Source: Thermoplasmatota archaeon
GTDB lineage: Archaea > Thermoplasmatota > Thermoplasmata > UBA10834
Assembly: GCA_040751795.1 (NCBI GenBank)
Contig: JBFMHR010000001.1
Coordinates: 424,722-488,721, forward strand
DNA length: 64,000 nt
Reading direction: 5' to 3'
Shown: in pieces, positions 38,227 to 47,406 of the stretch
Layout: each line of letters begins with the position of its first letter
How positions within the stretch are numbered: position 1 is the first letter of the stretch
Translations under genes and position numbers: made by a program
The notes under the pieces: model-generated
What the model was told of the DNA's origin: nothing
What the model saw: the letters and a program-made list of their open reading frames with translations, nothing else
Database searches by the model: none

Positions 38227-38880
38227 ATGTCGGATGACACCGCATCCAAAGGACCGTGCTGCGTGACCGACCTGTTCAGGAGGCTGGGGCCGCGGACGGG
38301 CGGCGCCCTCCTCCTCATCGCCGGCTCGGTCGCCCTCATGGGGATAATCACGGCGGAGACGCTCTACCCCGACTACAGCACCGCCGACAACATGATCAGC
38401 GACCTCGGGGCCACTGAGCCGCCCAACAGCATCATCGAGCAGCCGTCGTCGTACATCTTCTCCGGCGCGATGGCCGTGACGGGGCTGCTCGTGCTCGCCG
38501 CCACCTACTCGGTGCACCTATCGTTCAAGTCGAAGGCGTTCACCGTGCTCTTGGGGCTCTTCGGCCTCGGCGTCCTGGGCGTCGGGATATTCAACGGCAG
38601 CTGGGGGACCGTCCACGCCCTCTTCGCGATGACGACTTTCGTGGCCGGCGCGCTGGCCGCGATAGTGTCGTTCAGGGTCCTCCCCGGGCCCATGAGGTAC
38701 GTCTCCGTCGTCCTGGGGCTGGTGTCGTTCGTCACGCTACTCCAGTACTTCGCCCTCGGGGACTCCAGCCCCATGCTCGAGATGGGCGAGGGCGGGGTCG
38801 AGAGGTGGATCGCCTACCCCGTGGTCACCTGGGTCATGGGGCTCGGCGGGTTCATGATGGGCGCCCGAGAGAAGGCGTGA
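38227..38880 (+). CDS. DUF998-family membrane protein
   Basis: YPDYSTADNMISDLG, GVGIF...VH, GGVERWIAYP. Confidence 0.85.
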   Translation: MSDDTASKGPCCVTDLFRRLGPRTGGALLLIAGSVALMGIITAETLYPDYSTADNMISDLGATEPPNSIIEQPSSYIFSGAMAVTGLLVLAATYSVHLSFKSKAFTVLLGLFGLGVLGVGIFNGSWGTVHALFAMTTFVAGALAAIVSFRVLPGPMRYVSVVLGLVSFVTLLQYFALGDSSPMLEMGEGGVERWIAYPVVTWVMGLGGFMMGAREKA

Positions 38881-39227
38881 ACGGCCTCAGGGGCGCCGCA
38901 GGCGCAACCCTTGGCCCTGAGCTTCATGGCCTGTGCCGCCACCGGCTCGAGGAGCGTGTCCTGGACATCGCCCCTCTCGGCGCCGGGGACCGCGGAGACG
39001 TCCAGCGGGGACATGTGGCGGTACCCCCTGGCCTCCATCTCCCTGACCTGCTCCTCGTGCCTCGCGGAGAGGGCGAGCAGCTTCCCCCTCCACCTGAGGA
39101 CCTCCGGGTGGCGGGAGTAGCCCCTCTTGCCGTCGAGGATTATGCTCCATACCGCGCGGAGCTCCCTGTGCTCCGCGAGGAGGTGGTTCCTGCAGAGGCA
39201 GGTGACGGGCATGTCCCAAATGCGCAT
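38814..39227 (-). CDS. Pyrimidine-dimer DNA glycosylase (T4 endonuclease V-like)
   Basis: MRIWD...LCRNHLLAEHRELRAVW...GYSRHPEVLRW...RHEEQVREMEARGYRHMSPL. Confidence 0.8.
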   Translation of the reverse strand: MRIWDMPVTCLCRNHLLAEHRELRAVWSIILDGKRGYSRHPEVLRWRGKLLALSARHEEQVREMEARGYRHMSPLDVSAVPGAERGDVQDTLLEPVAAQAMKLRAKGCACGAPEAVHAFSRAPIMNPPSPMTQVTTG

Positions 39228-39342
39228 GCGGGGAGGGACGGCGCGGGGAGACATATCGGATGCGCCGCACACGCGGGACGGCCGCCACCACCCGACCCCG
39301 TGCGGCGATAGTACCATTAGCCCCGCCCGAATCGTCGGGGCC

Positions 39343-39828
39343 ATGACAGCCAAAGTCGATAGGCCGAGGCCGGCGGCCGTGAAGGCCCTCGTCGCGACCA
39401 TGGCGTTCTTCTCGTTCGTCGGGCTCATGACCGGGTACGGGCTCCTCTCGGACCCCACCGGGGCAGGCATCGGCCTCTCCCAGGACCTCCTCGAGGACGC
39501 CCCCGTCGGCGACTTCACGATGGTCGGCCTCTTCTTCGTGGCCTTCTTCGGCATCCTGCCCGCGCTCGCGGCCTACGGCCTCTGGATGACCCCGAGGTGG
39601 GGCTGGACCGATGCCGTGAACAGGTGGACGGGCCAGAACTGGGCCTGGACCGCGACCGCCGCCCTGGGCGTGATACTCCTCCTCTGGATCGCGGTGGAGG
39701 TGGTCTTCGTGGGGGCCCTGACGGGCATAGGCGGCGCCATGCAGGTGACCATAGCCGTGCTGGGGGTGGCCGTTCTGGCCCTGGTGACGAGGCCCTCGGT
39801 GAAGTCCTACGCGAGGCTCGAGGGGTGA
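39343..39828 (+). CDS. 4-TM membrane protein
   Basis: GYGLLSDPTGAGIG...GVILLLWIAVEV; four hydrophobic helices. Confidence 0.75.
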   Translation: MTAKVDRPRPAAVKALVATMAFFSFVGLMTGYGLLSDPTGAGIGLSQDLLEDAPVGDFTMVGLFFVAFFGILPALAAYGLWMTPRWGWTDAVNRWTGQNWAWTATAALGVILLLWIAVEVVFVGALTGIGGAMQVTIAVLGVAVLALVTRPSVKSYARLEG

Positions 39829-39855
39829 GCCCCCGGGCATCGGGGACGTCCCGCC

Positions 39856-40263
39856 CTAGACCGGTCCGGCCAGGCGCCCCATCAGGTACGGGGCCACCGA
39901 CTCGGTGACCAGCACGAGGACCCATATCCTGCCCTCGAGGACGTTGTAGTCTGCCAGGAGGGCGTCCCAGGAGTTGCCCATCACATAGTGCCCGAAGCCG
40001 AACTCGAAGAGTATCGTCAGCGCCACCCATATGAGGCCCATGGCCCAGAGGTCAGCCGCCGACCGCTCTATGTCCGACCAGTTCAGGAACAGGTAGGCCA
40101 TGACCAGTATGACTGTGGAGAGGGTGACGGAGCTGAGGGCGCGCCCGGCGTCCTCGCCCAGGGCGGGGATGAGCGCCCCCTGCCTCAGCGCGGCGTTCAG
40201 CATCGCGAACCCGACGAGCAGCCCCCAGAGGCCGAGGGTCCAGAGAAGCAGCTCCTGCCTCAT
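39856..40263 (-). CDS. 4-TM membrane protein
   Basis: MLNAALRQ...LTILFEFGFGHY...LLADYNVLEGRIW; ATGA overlap with the upstream gene. Confidence 0.78.
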   Translation of the reverse strand: MRQELLLWTLGLWGLLVGFAMLNAALRQGALIPALGEDAGRALSSVTLSTVILVMAYLFLNWSDIERSAADLWAMGLIWVALTILFEFGFGHYVMGNSWDALLADYNVLEGRIWVLVLVTESVAPYLMGRLAGPV

Positions 40264-40643
40264 GCGGGCCGTCCCTTCCCCAGGTAGTCGCCCCTGGTCA
40301 GCAGCAGGAAGGCGGTGATCACGGCCGCGGGGACCATCCCTGCTGCGGCCGAGGGCTGGACGGCGGCGAGCGCCCACGCGTCGAAGGCGACCGTGTACGC
40401 CCCCACGGCGACCGTGCCCCAGAAGCCCCAGGGCCTGAGCAGGTACACCCCAGGGAGGAGCGCCAGCCCGGCCACGCCGATTGCCAGGAAGCTGTACGAC
40501 ACGAACGCCTCGACCAGCGCGGACTGCTCCTCCTCGAACTGCATGTCCCCGGTGGTGCTCATGTAGAATATCGCGACCCTGACCGCGTAGTACAGGGCCG
40601 CGAAGAGCACGACTAGGACCAGGAACACCCTCTTACGTTCCAT
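40260..40643 (-). CDS. 4-TM membrane protein
   Basis: Four hydrophobic helices; translationally coupled to the next gene. Confidence 0.72.
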   Translation of the reverse strand: MERKRVFLVLVVLFAALYYAVRVAIFYMSTTGDMQFEEEQSALVEAFVSYSFLAIGVAGLALLPGVYLLRPWGFWGTVAVGAYTVAFDAWALAAVQPSAAAGMVPAAVITAFLLLTRGDYLGKGRPA

Positions 40644-40715
40644 GGCTGCCTGGAGCCGCGTGAGCGGTACAACTATGTTGCGACGTCCCGTTCCGGCGTG
40701 CCCGGGCCGCCGTCC

Positions 40716-42521
40716 TCATATGAGGTGCGCGAACCTCGTCCTCACGACCCTGTCCAGGGTGTCCAGCACGAGGAACATGCTGCCGACGAGGAGGAAGGTC
40801 CCGATCAGCGGCATGAGCACATAGTCCCATTCGCCCGTCATCAGCATGCTCATGTCGTAGGCGAACCCGAAACTGTAGCCCCAGCTCCCCAGGTCGGTCA
40901 CGGACAGGAAGTCGCAGAGGAACACCGCCACAGCCGTCATGGGGGCACCGTACTTGAGTGCCCCAAGAGTCCACGAGGCGAGGGCGGGGCCGAAGCGGAC
41001 CGGGGGGGCGCCCAGGACGGAGCCGCGCCCCGCGGCCGCAAGGCGCCTTCTCGCCGAGACGAATCCATGGCACACGGACAGGGTGACCAACGCGGCGACT
41101 GGCACCATGAAGTCGAGCGAGGCCGAGAGGTAGCCCTGCGGATCGGTCCCCAGCTCCGTCCCGTGCCGGGCGAGGAGCAGGATCCCTGCGAGGCACACCA
41201 TCGGGATGGCCACCATGCCCTGCATCACCCCCGCGACGAGGCCGTCCGCGTAAGGCCTCAAGAGGCCCATGACGGTGCCCAGTGCGATGCCCATGAGCGA
41301 AGCGAACACCGCCGCCGCGACAGGCACTGCGACCATGGGGGCGGCGCCGTCCAGGAACATGTCCGTCGACGAGTGGAGCCACGGGTAGACGATCTCGTCC
41401 GAGGAGAGCATCGGCCCCACTACGGCCAGAGCCGCCATGCCGAGGAAGACCAGGAGCGACGCCACGCCGATCGGGCTCCTGAGGTAGTCCCTGAGAACCC
41501 CTTTCACGGCATCCTTGACCGCTCCCGGATGTGACGCGTGGGCGGGAGCAGGGCCGGCATCTCCCGGGGCCGCACCGTCCTCTCGCAGGTAGAGGTCGAG
41601 CCGGCGCCCCGGCCTGGCGATGGTCACCACGGTCTCCAGGGCATAGTTCGTGAGGAAGACTATCAATGACAGCAGGAACACCGATGCCTGCATGGCGAAG
41701 TAGTCATAGCTGGCGATGGACTGGACCAGCAGGTATCCGAGGCCCCTGAAGGAGAAGAACACCTCGACCCCGACCACGAAGCACATCGACGCAGCGACGA
41801 GGTACTGGATGGTCGGCATAGCGACGAACAGCCCGTCCCTGAGCTTGGGTCCCCCGCTCCCGGAGGTAGGGGCTGCGCGCACCTGCCCGTCCCTGATGGC
41901 GAGCGCGAACACGCCCAGCGAGCCGAGGGTCAACGACGAGACGGGGAGTATCAGGTGCTTCAGGTACTCCGACAGGTATGCTGGGTCGTCCCTGGTCATC
42001 CCAGGGGGGACAGGGCCGCCGATGGGCAGCAGGTCCGTCTGCACCGCGAATGCTGATGTGAGGACCCACGCCCACCCCAACACGGGGAGAGCGAACATCG
42101 CGAGCGGGAACAGGGAGAGCATCTGCCTCGCCGTGTGGCCCCTCAGCCGCGAGACCAGGAACGCGAACAGAACCCCGACAATGAGGCACGCCGCGAGCAT
42201 GGCCGAGAACAGGGCAAGGGTCCCCCACATGTCGTCGTAGATGATATCGGAGACGTCTGTCCCGTAGAGGTAGCTGACGCGGAAATCGCCTGTCAGCATG
42301 TCGCCAATGAATTGGACGTACTGCGCGTACAGCGGCTCCTCGAAGATGGAGCGAGTCTCCTCCCAGTATTCGACTGGCACCATCGGGTTGCGGGGCGTGG
42401 CCAACGACATGGGGTCGCCTGGCAGCACCCGGAGGATGACGAACTCGACCGTGAGGATCACCATGATTCCTATGAAGAATACGAGCAACCGTCTCAGAAC
42501 GTACGACAGTTCCTTGTTCAT
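40716..42521 (-). CDS. Fused DppB-DppC-like peptide ABC permease with degenerate EAA loops, copy 1
   Basis: RRLL...LPGDP...PLYAQY...TGDF..S, HLILPV, VEVFFSFRGLG (DppB half); DppC-like C-half with SWG...W..LMP. Confidence 0.8.
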   Translation of the reverse strand: MNKELSYVLRRLLVFFIGIMVILTVEFVILRVLPGDPMSLATPRNPMVPVEYWEETRSIFEEPLYAQYVQFIGDMLTGDFRVSYLYGTDVSDIIYDDMWGTLALFSAMLAACLIVGVLFAFLVSRLRGHTARQMLSLFPLAMFALPVLGWAWVLTSAFAVQTDLLPIGGPVPPGMTRDDPAYLSEYLKHLILPVSSLTLGSLGVFALAIRDGQVRAAPTSGSGGPKLRDGLFVAMPTIQYLVAASMCFVVGVEVFFSFRGLGYLLVQSIASYDYFAMQASVFLLSLIVFLTNYALETVVTIARPGRRLDLYLREDGAAPGDAGPAPAHASHPGAVKDAVKGVLRDYLRSPIGVASLLVFLGMAALAVVGPMLSSDEIVYPWLHSSTDMFLDGAAPMVAVPVAAAVFASLMGIALGTVMGLLRPYADGLVAGVMQGMVAIPMVCLAGILLLARHGTELGTDPQGYLSASLDFMVPVAALVTLSVCHGFVSARRRLAAAGRGSVLGAPPVRFGPALASWTLGALKYGAPMTAVAVFLCDFLSVTDLGSWGYSFGFAYDMSMLMTGEWDYVLMPLIGTFLLVGSMFLVLDTLDRVVRTRFAHLI

Positions 42522-42647
42522 GCCACCAGGACCCCAGACTTCGCCCGGACAGAATCGCCGGACGCGGTATAATAGCGTTCGCAGGGGCTGCCCCTGACCG
42601 CATCGATCCGCTGGACGGCCGAGGGCCTGGATGCTCGGCCCGTCCCG

Positions 42648-43292
42648 TCAGCACTCCGGCAGGAAGTCCTTCCTGGAGGCGGCCAGCAGGAGGAGGCCGA
42701 CGAGCGCGAGGAATGCCCCCATGAGGAAGCCTATGGATAGGACGCCGAAGATGGCCCCCATGATGGCGAGCTCGTACCTCGTCTCAGTGAGGGCGAAGAG
42801 CCCGCCCGCGACGGCCAGGAGCCCGGCGGCGATGGCCCAGGCCTGGAGGGCGACGTACTTCACGAAGAGGTCGTCCGCGGACGAGACCCACGGGAGCACC
42901 CCCTCCATGGTGTCCATCAGCGACCCGGCCACCTCCGGGTTGAGCCCCGCGATGCCCTGGCCGATCCCCAACGCGCCGGCCATCATGACGAGTATCCCCG
43001 CCATGGCCACCCTCGACGACCTCCCGGCGGCGGCCGGATTCTCGGACCAGTGGACGCACTCGTTCTCCGGGAGGTCCTTCGGCAGGTTGCGCATGATGAC
43101 CTCCCTGACGGTCATGGTGCAGGAGCTGCAGACCTCCGCCCCCTCCTCCACCGGCTGGCCGCAGTGGGGGCACAGGAGGGACCCCGGGGCCCGGGCGTGC
43201 TCGTGGGCCATGGGCCTGCCGCACAGCCTGCAGCGCTCCGCGCCCTGGGCATTCATCGTGCCGCAGTGGGGGCACATGGCCGAGTCGGTCAT
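42648..43292 (-). CDS. Double zinc-ribbon membrane protein
   Basis: CPHCG..CRLCG..CPHCG..CSSC; 4-TM domain ending SRKDF, paralogous to 12756-13262. Confidence 0.82.
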   Translation of the reverse strand: MTDSAMCPHCGTMNAQGAERCRLCGRPMAHEHARAPGSLLCPHCGQPVEEGAEVCSSCTMTVREVIMRNLPKDLPENECVHWSENPAAAGRSSRVAMAGILVMMAGALGIGQGIAGLNPEVAGSLMDTMEGVLPWVSSADDLFVKYVALQAWAIAAGLLAVAGGLFALTETRYELAIMGAIFGVLSIGFLMGAFLALVGLLLLAASRKDFLPEC

Positions 43293-43332
43293 CGCCCCTT
43301 GATTTTGCGCCGGGCGGATGATACCTTTTCGC

Positions 43333-44295
43333 CTATGGCGCCTGGATGCCTATGCGGTCGAGGTCGATGTTCCCGCCGGACACGACCACGGCGACCTTCT
43401 CGCCCGGGGTGAACCGCACCTTCCCCTGGATGATGGCGGCGGGGCCTACCGCCCCGGAGCCCTCGACGACCTGCCTCTCGTTCCTCATCAGCCAGATGAT
43501 GGTGTCCCTCAGCTTCTCCTCCTCTGCGAGGACGACGTCGTCGAACCAGCGGAGGGCGAGGTCGAGGTTGAGCTGGGTTATCCCCCCTGCGAGCCCCTCG
43601 CAGAGCGTCGGTGGAACGGGCACCTCCACGAGCCTCTTGGCCCTGAAGCACTCGTGAAGCGTGTGGGCCGCCGTGGACTGGGCGCCCATGATTCTGACCG
43701 AGGGGCTCACCGTCTTCGACCACGTCGCTATGCCTGATAGCAGGCCTCCTCCCCCCACGGGGCACACAATCGTGCCGACGTCCGGGAGGTCCTCGAGTAT
43801 CTCCACCCCCACGGTCCCATGGCCGGCCATGACGTCGTAGTCGTCCGTGCCGGATATGAAAGTCATGGCGCCGCCCCTCGCGAGCTCCTGGCAGTGGGCG
43901 AACGCCTCGTCGAAGTAGCTACCGTGGAGGACCACCTCGGCCCCGAGGGCCTCGCACTTGCTCACCTTCACCTTCGGGGTGTTGGCCGGGACGCATATCG
44001 TCGCGCGGATGCCCAGGCTCCTCGCCCCGAGGGCGACGCCGAGGGCCCAGTTCCCCGCCGACGCGGTGATGACCCCCCTCCTCCTCTCCTCCTCGGAGAG
44101 GAGGCTCATCCTGTACAGAGCGCCGCGGACCTTGTACGAGCCAGTCCTCTGCAGGTTCTCCCACTTGATGTGCACCTCGGCCCCGCTGACGTCGCTGAGC
44201 GCCTTCGAGTGGGTCAGGGGCGTCCTCGTTATCGACCCATCGACCGCCTTCCTGGCCTTCAGCACGTCGACCGCGGTGAAGCCCGTTCCGCCCAT
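43333..44295 (-). CDS. PLP-dependent Ser/Thr dehydratase-family enzyme without an ACT domain
   Basis: KWENLQRTGSYKVRGA, ASAGNWA, PVGGGGL, VEGSGAVG, SGGNID. Confidence 0.9.
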   Translation of the reverse strand: MGGTGFTAVDVLKARKAVDGSITRTPLTHSKALSDVSGAEVHIKWENLQRTGSYKVRGALYRMSLLSEEERRRGVITASAGNWALGVALGARSLGIRATICVPANTPKVKVSKCEALGAEVVLHGSYFDEAFAHCQELARGGAMTFISGTDDYDVMAGHGTVGVEILEDLPDVGTIVCPVGGGGLLSGIATWSKTVSPSVRIMGAQSTAAHTLHECFRAKRLVEVPVPPTLCEGLAGGITQLNLDLALRWFDDVVLAEEEKLRDTIIWLMRNERQVVEGSGAVGPAAIIQGKVRFTPGEKVAVVVSGGNIDLDRIGIQAP

Positions 44296-44299
44296 CGGA

Positions 44300-45298
44300 T
44301 CAGACCTCGATGCAGAAGCCCTTGCCCGAGCGTTTCGCCTTCTCGTAGACGAAACTCGATATGGCGACGTCCTGGACGGCGATGCCGGTGAGGTCGCAGA
44401 CCGTGACCTCCTTGTCCGACTCCCTCCCCGGCTTCCTCCCGAGGAGGACCTCCCCGAGCTCGGCGTGCACGTCCTCCTCCTTCATGCTGCCGTCCTCGAG
44501 CGCGTGGTGCACCTCTCCTAGCCTCGCGCACTGCCTGAGGCTGTCGACGACGACCTTGTCGGCCCTCGCCAGTATCTTCGTGTCGAGCTCCTGCTTCCCC
44601 GGCTCGTCGGAGCCCATCGCGGTTATGTGCGCCCCGCCTGAGATCCACTCGACCTTCACGACCGGGGAGGTGCTCATGGTCGCTGTGACGATGACCTCGG
44701 CCCCCCTGACGGCCTCCTCCACGGTGGCGGTCGGGACGACCTTGACCCCGAGGGCCTTGGACATCTCCGAGGCGTAGGCCTCCGCCTTGGCGCGGTCCCT
44801 GCCCCAGACCCTGAGCTCGCCGAACCCCCTGACCTTGCTGAGCGCCACGACCTGCAGCCTGGCCTGGGTGCCCGTGCCTATGACGGCCACCTTGGACACG
44901 TCCTCCTTCGCCAGGGCGTCCGCGGCCACCGCGCCCGCCGCGGCGGTCCTCAGGTCGGTGAGGAAGCACCTGTCCACCTCGAAGCACAGGGGGAGGCCGG
45001 TCTTTGAGTCGAAGAGGAGAAGCATGCCGTGGCTGGATGGCATGCCCCGTTTCGGGTTGTCGTAGAACCCTGAGGCGATCTTCACCGTGTAGGACGGGGT
45101 GCCCTTGACGTAGCCGGGCTTGATGTGCACGTCCCCGTTGCCGTCGGGGACGTTGAGGGCGACCGGGAACGGCACGACGGCCCTGTCCGAGTTGTAGGCC
45201 TTGAACCCCTCCCGTACCGCAGCGATCGCGTCCTCCATCGTGACCAGGGACTCGATGTCCTCCTTGGTCAGCACCAGCACCTTCGTCATATCACCCAT
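44300..45298 (-). CDS. Ornithine cyclodeaminase/mu-crystallin-family imine reductase
   Basis: VKIASGFYDNP, LTDLRTAAAGA, IGTGTQA, HITAMGSD, DLTGIAVQD. Confidence 0.9.
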   Translation of the reverse strand: MGDMTKVLVLTKEDIESLVTMEDAIAAVREGFKAYNSDRAVVPFPVALNVPDGNGDVHIKPGYVKGTPSYTVKIASGFYDNPKRGMPSSHGMLLLFDSKTGLPLCFEVDRCFLTDLRTAAAGAVAADALAKEDVSKVAVIGTGTQARLQVVALSKVRGFGELRVWGRDRAKAEAYASEMSKALGVKVVPTATVEEAVRGAEVIVTATMSTSPVVKVEWISGGAHITAMGSDEPGKQELDTKILARADKVVVDSLRQCARLGEVHHALEDGSMKEEDVHAELGEVLLGRKPGRESDKEVTVCDLTGIAVQDVAISSFVYEKAKRSGKGFCIEV

Positions 45299-45395
45299 GT
45301 GCGAGAGCCTCCCTTCCGCGGCGACGACGCCACGGCCTGAATGGACCGTGCCCGCATTAGACTTTCCCCGGCCGGGGAGAGGCCAGGCACTGCCA

Positions 45396-45404
45396 TATAT
45401 ATAG
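45396..45404. promoter_or_regulatory. TATA box between divergent genes
   Basis: tatatatag. Confidence 0.45.
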
Positions 45405-45439
45405 TGCGGAGTTTATTCATGTCCCGGGGTTCTGGTAGG

Positions 45440-47350
45440 ATGGAGCGGGTCTCTCATGGGACGGTCATGGGCATCGTGAAGAAGGTCACCTCGGTCGCGC
45501 TGGCGGTCCTGTTGCTCGCGTCGTTCAACTTCGCGGCGTTCTACATCAGCCAGGGCGACCCGTTGCTCTGGATGGTGCCGAAGGGCAGCGACTACGAGAT
45601 CAAGGAGATGATCATCGACGAGGCGAGGCTCGACGAGCCGCTCTACGTGCAGTACCTCGACTACATGCTTGACACGTTCACCGGCGACTTCAGGGTCAGC
45701 ACATCGGCGTTCAGGGGCGTCGACATCCAGGACATCATATGGGACGATGCGGGGAACACCCTCGCCCTGCTCTCGCTCGGGCTGGTGGGGTCGCTGGCGC
45801 TGGGGGCGGCGCTGGAGATGGCCGTCGGGAGGAGGCGCGCCGGCGCCAGGGCCGCCCTCGCGCACGGGGTGTCCCTCCTGCTCATGAGCATGCCTGTGTT
45901 CGCCCTCTCGCTGATGGTCATGTGGGGGATCGTCCAGTTCGACGTGGGCCTGCCCCTCTGGGGGGACGGCACCTCCGCGCCCTATGACGAGGGGGACCTC
46001 CGGTCCGTCGCCGAACACATCATCCTCCCCGTGTCCCTGGTCGTCCTTTCCTCGGCCGGGATGGCGTCCCTGCTCGTCAGGGAGGGACTCCGGCCGACGG
46101 GCGCCGCCGGCGCGCCGATGAATGGCTGGATGCCGGCGTTCGCCTCGGGCCTCGTCAGGCTGAGGCCCGCGCCGCACTTCTTCGTCGCATGGACCATGGC
46201 CGTCGCCCTGTTCGTGGACGCGGCCTTCAGCTACGACGGCCTCGGCTCGATGATGCTGACCGCCCTCTACCACCTGGACTTCCCGCTGCTGATGGCAGTC
46301 GTGTCCATAGCCTCCCTGATCACGTTGGCGGCGTCCCTGCTGACGAGCGCGTGCCTCCACCTCGTCGCGGGCAGGAGGCTGACCGATTCGCTGTCGGACT
46401 GGGGCCGGAGGGAGCCCGCCGGCGCCGCCCCGGCGCCCTCGGGGGAGCCGGCGCCGGCGGTCCGGAGGGACTGGATCGACGCCGCATGGTCTTGGTTCAG
46501 GTCGTCCGCGGCGGGGATGGCCGCACTGGCCGTGCTCGCCGTGGTCATCGTGCTCGGCGTCCTCGCGCCGGTGATCGCCCCGGCCCCCGACCCGTCGGGC
46601 CTCGAGTACCTGGAGCCGTACGTCTACCCCGACTGGCGCAACCCCCTCCCGCCCTCGCTCGAACCTTCGCCCTACTCGGGGATGACTCACTACCTCGGCA
46701 CCGACCCCGTCGGGAGGGACGTGCTCAGCCTCTGGCTGTTCGGGGCCAGGGACGCGGGGCTCCTGGTCGCTGCGCTGGTCCTCGGCGCGGTCGCGATCGG
46801 CCTCGCGATAGGCGCCCTCGCATCGGAGACCGCCGACATCTCCGGGCGCGCCCCGAGGGCGGCCGACCTCCTCCTCACAGCGGGCGGGCGTGCGATGGTC
46901 GCCGTCCCGCTGCCCCTCTTCATCGCCGCGCGGTTCGTGACCCAGCGCGACATCAGCCTGGCCCCTGTTTTCCTGCTGCTGGCGTTCTACGCCTGGGCGT
47001 GGTTCCTCATCGCCCGGCCCGTCAGGGCGGCGACGAGGCGCGCCAACGGGCTGGTCTCCAGGTCCGTCTGGCTACCCTCCTCCCTGGCGGAGTCGCTCTC
47101 GGTCGCGAAGTTCGCAGCCCCCGTCGCGTTCCTGGTGCAGTTCCAGCTGTGCGCGATAGGCTTCGGGAGCGGTTCCGATGTGACGTGGGGGAGGCTCATG
47201 GACACGGCCTACTCGTACGCGGCCTTCATGACCGGGGACTGGCACCTGATCCTCCCGCCGCTGGTCGGTGTGACGGTCGTCTGCGCAGCCGCGTTCGTCC
47301 TCCTGGACAGGGCAGAGCACGCCGTGAGGGCGGCCGCGCCGGCCCCGTGA
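45440..47350 (+). CDS. Fused DppB-DppC-like peptide ABC permease with degenerate EAA loops, copy 2 (start 45440 or 45467)
   Basis: GDP...LDEPLYVQY...TGDF, SMPVF, HIILPV, FSYDGLG, DFPL; DppC half PPS...HYLGTDPVGRDVLS, TWGRLM...WHLILPP. Confidence 0.82.
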   Translation: MERVSHGTVMGIVKKVTSVALAVLLLASFNFAAFYISQGDPLLWMVPKGSDYEIKEMIIDEARLDEPLYVQYLDYMLDTFTGDFRVSTSAFRGVDIQDIIWDDAGNTLALLSLGLVGSLALGAALEMAVGRRRAGARAALAHGVSLLLMSMPVFALSLMVMWGIVQFDVGLPLWGDGTSAPYDEGDLRSVAEHIILPVSLVVLSSAGMASLLVREGLRPTGAAGAPMNGWMPAFASGLVRLRPAPHFFVAWTMAVALFVDAAFSYDGLGSMMLTALYHLDFPLLMAVVSIASLITLAASLLTSACLHLVAGRRLTDSLSDWGRREPAGAAPAPSGEPAPAVRRDWIDAAWSWFRSSAAGMAALAVLAVVIVLGVLAPVIAPAPDPSGLEYLEPYVYPDWRNPLPPSLEPSPYSGMTHYLGTDPVGRDVLSLWLFGARDAGLLVAALVLGAVAIGLAIGALASETADISGRAPRAADLLLTAGGRAMVAVPLPLFIAARFVTQRDISLAPVFLLLAFYAWAWFLIARPVRAATRRANGLVSRSVWLPSSLAESLSVAKFAAPVAFLVQFQLCAIGFGSGSDVTWGRLMDTAYSYAAFMTGDWHLILPPLVGVTVVCAAAFVLLDRAEHAVRAAAPAP

Positions 47351-47406
47351 TCGGGCGTGGGCAACCATTTTGAGCCCGGAGCGGCCTACGGTGCGCAGGG
47401 TTCCAG

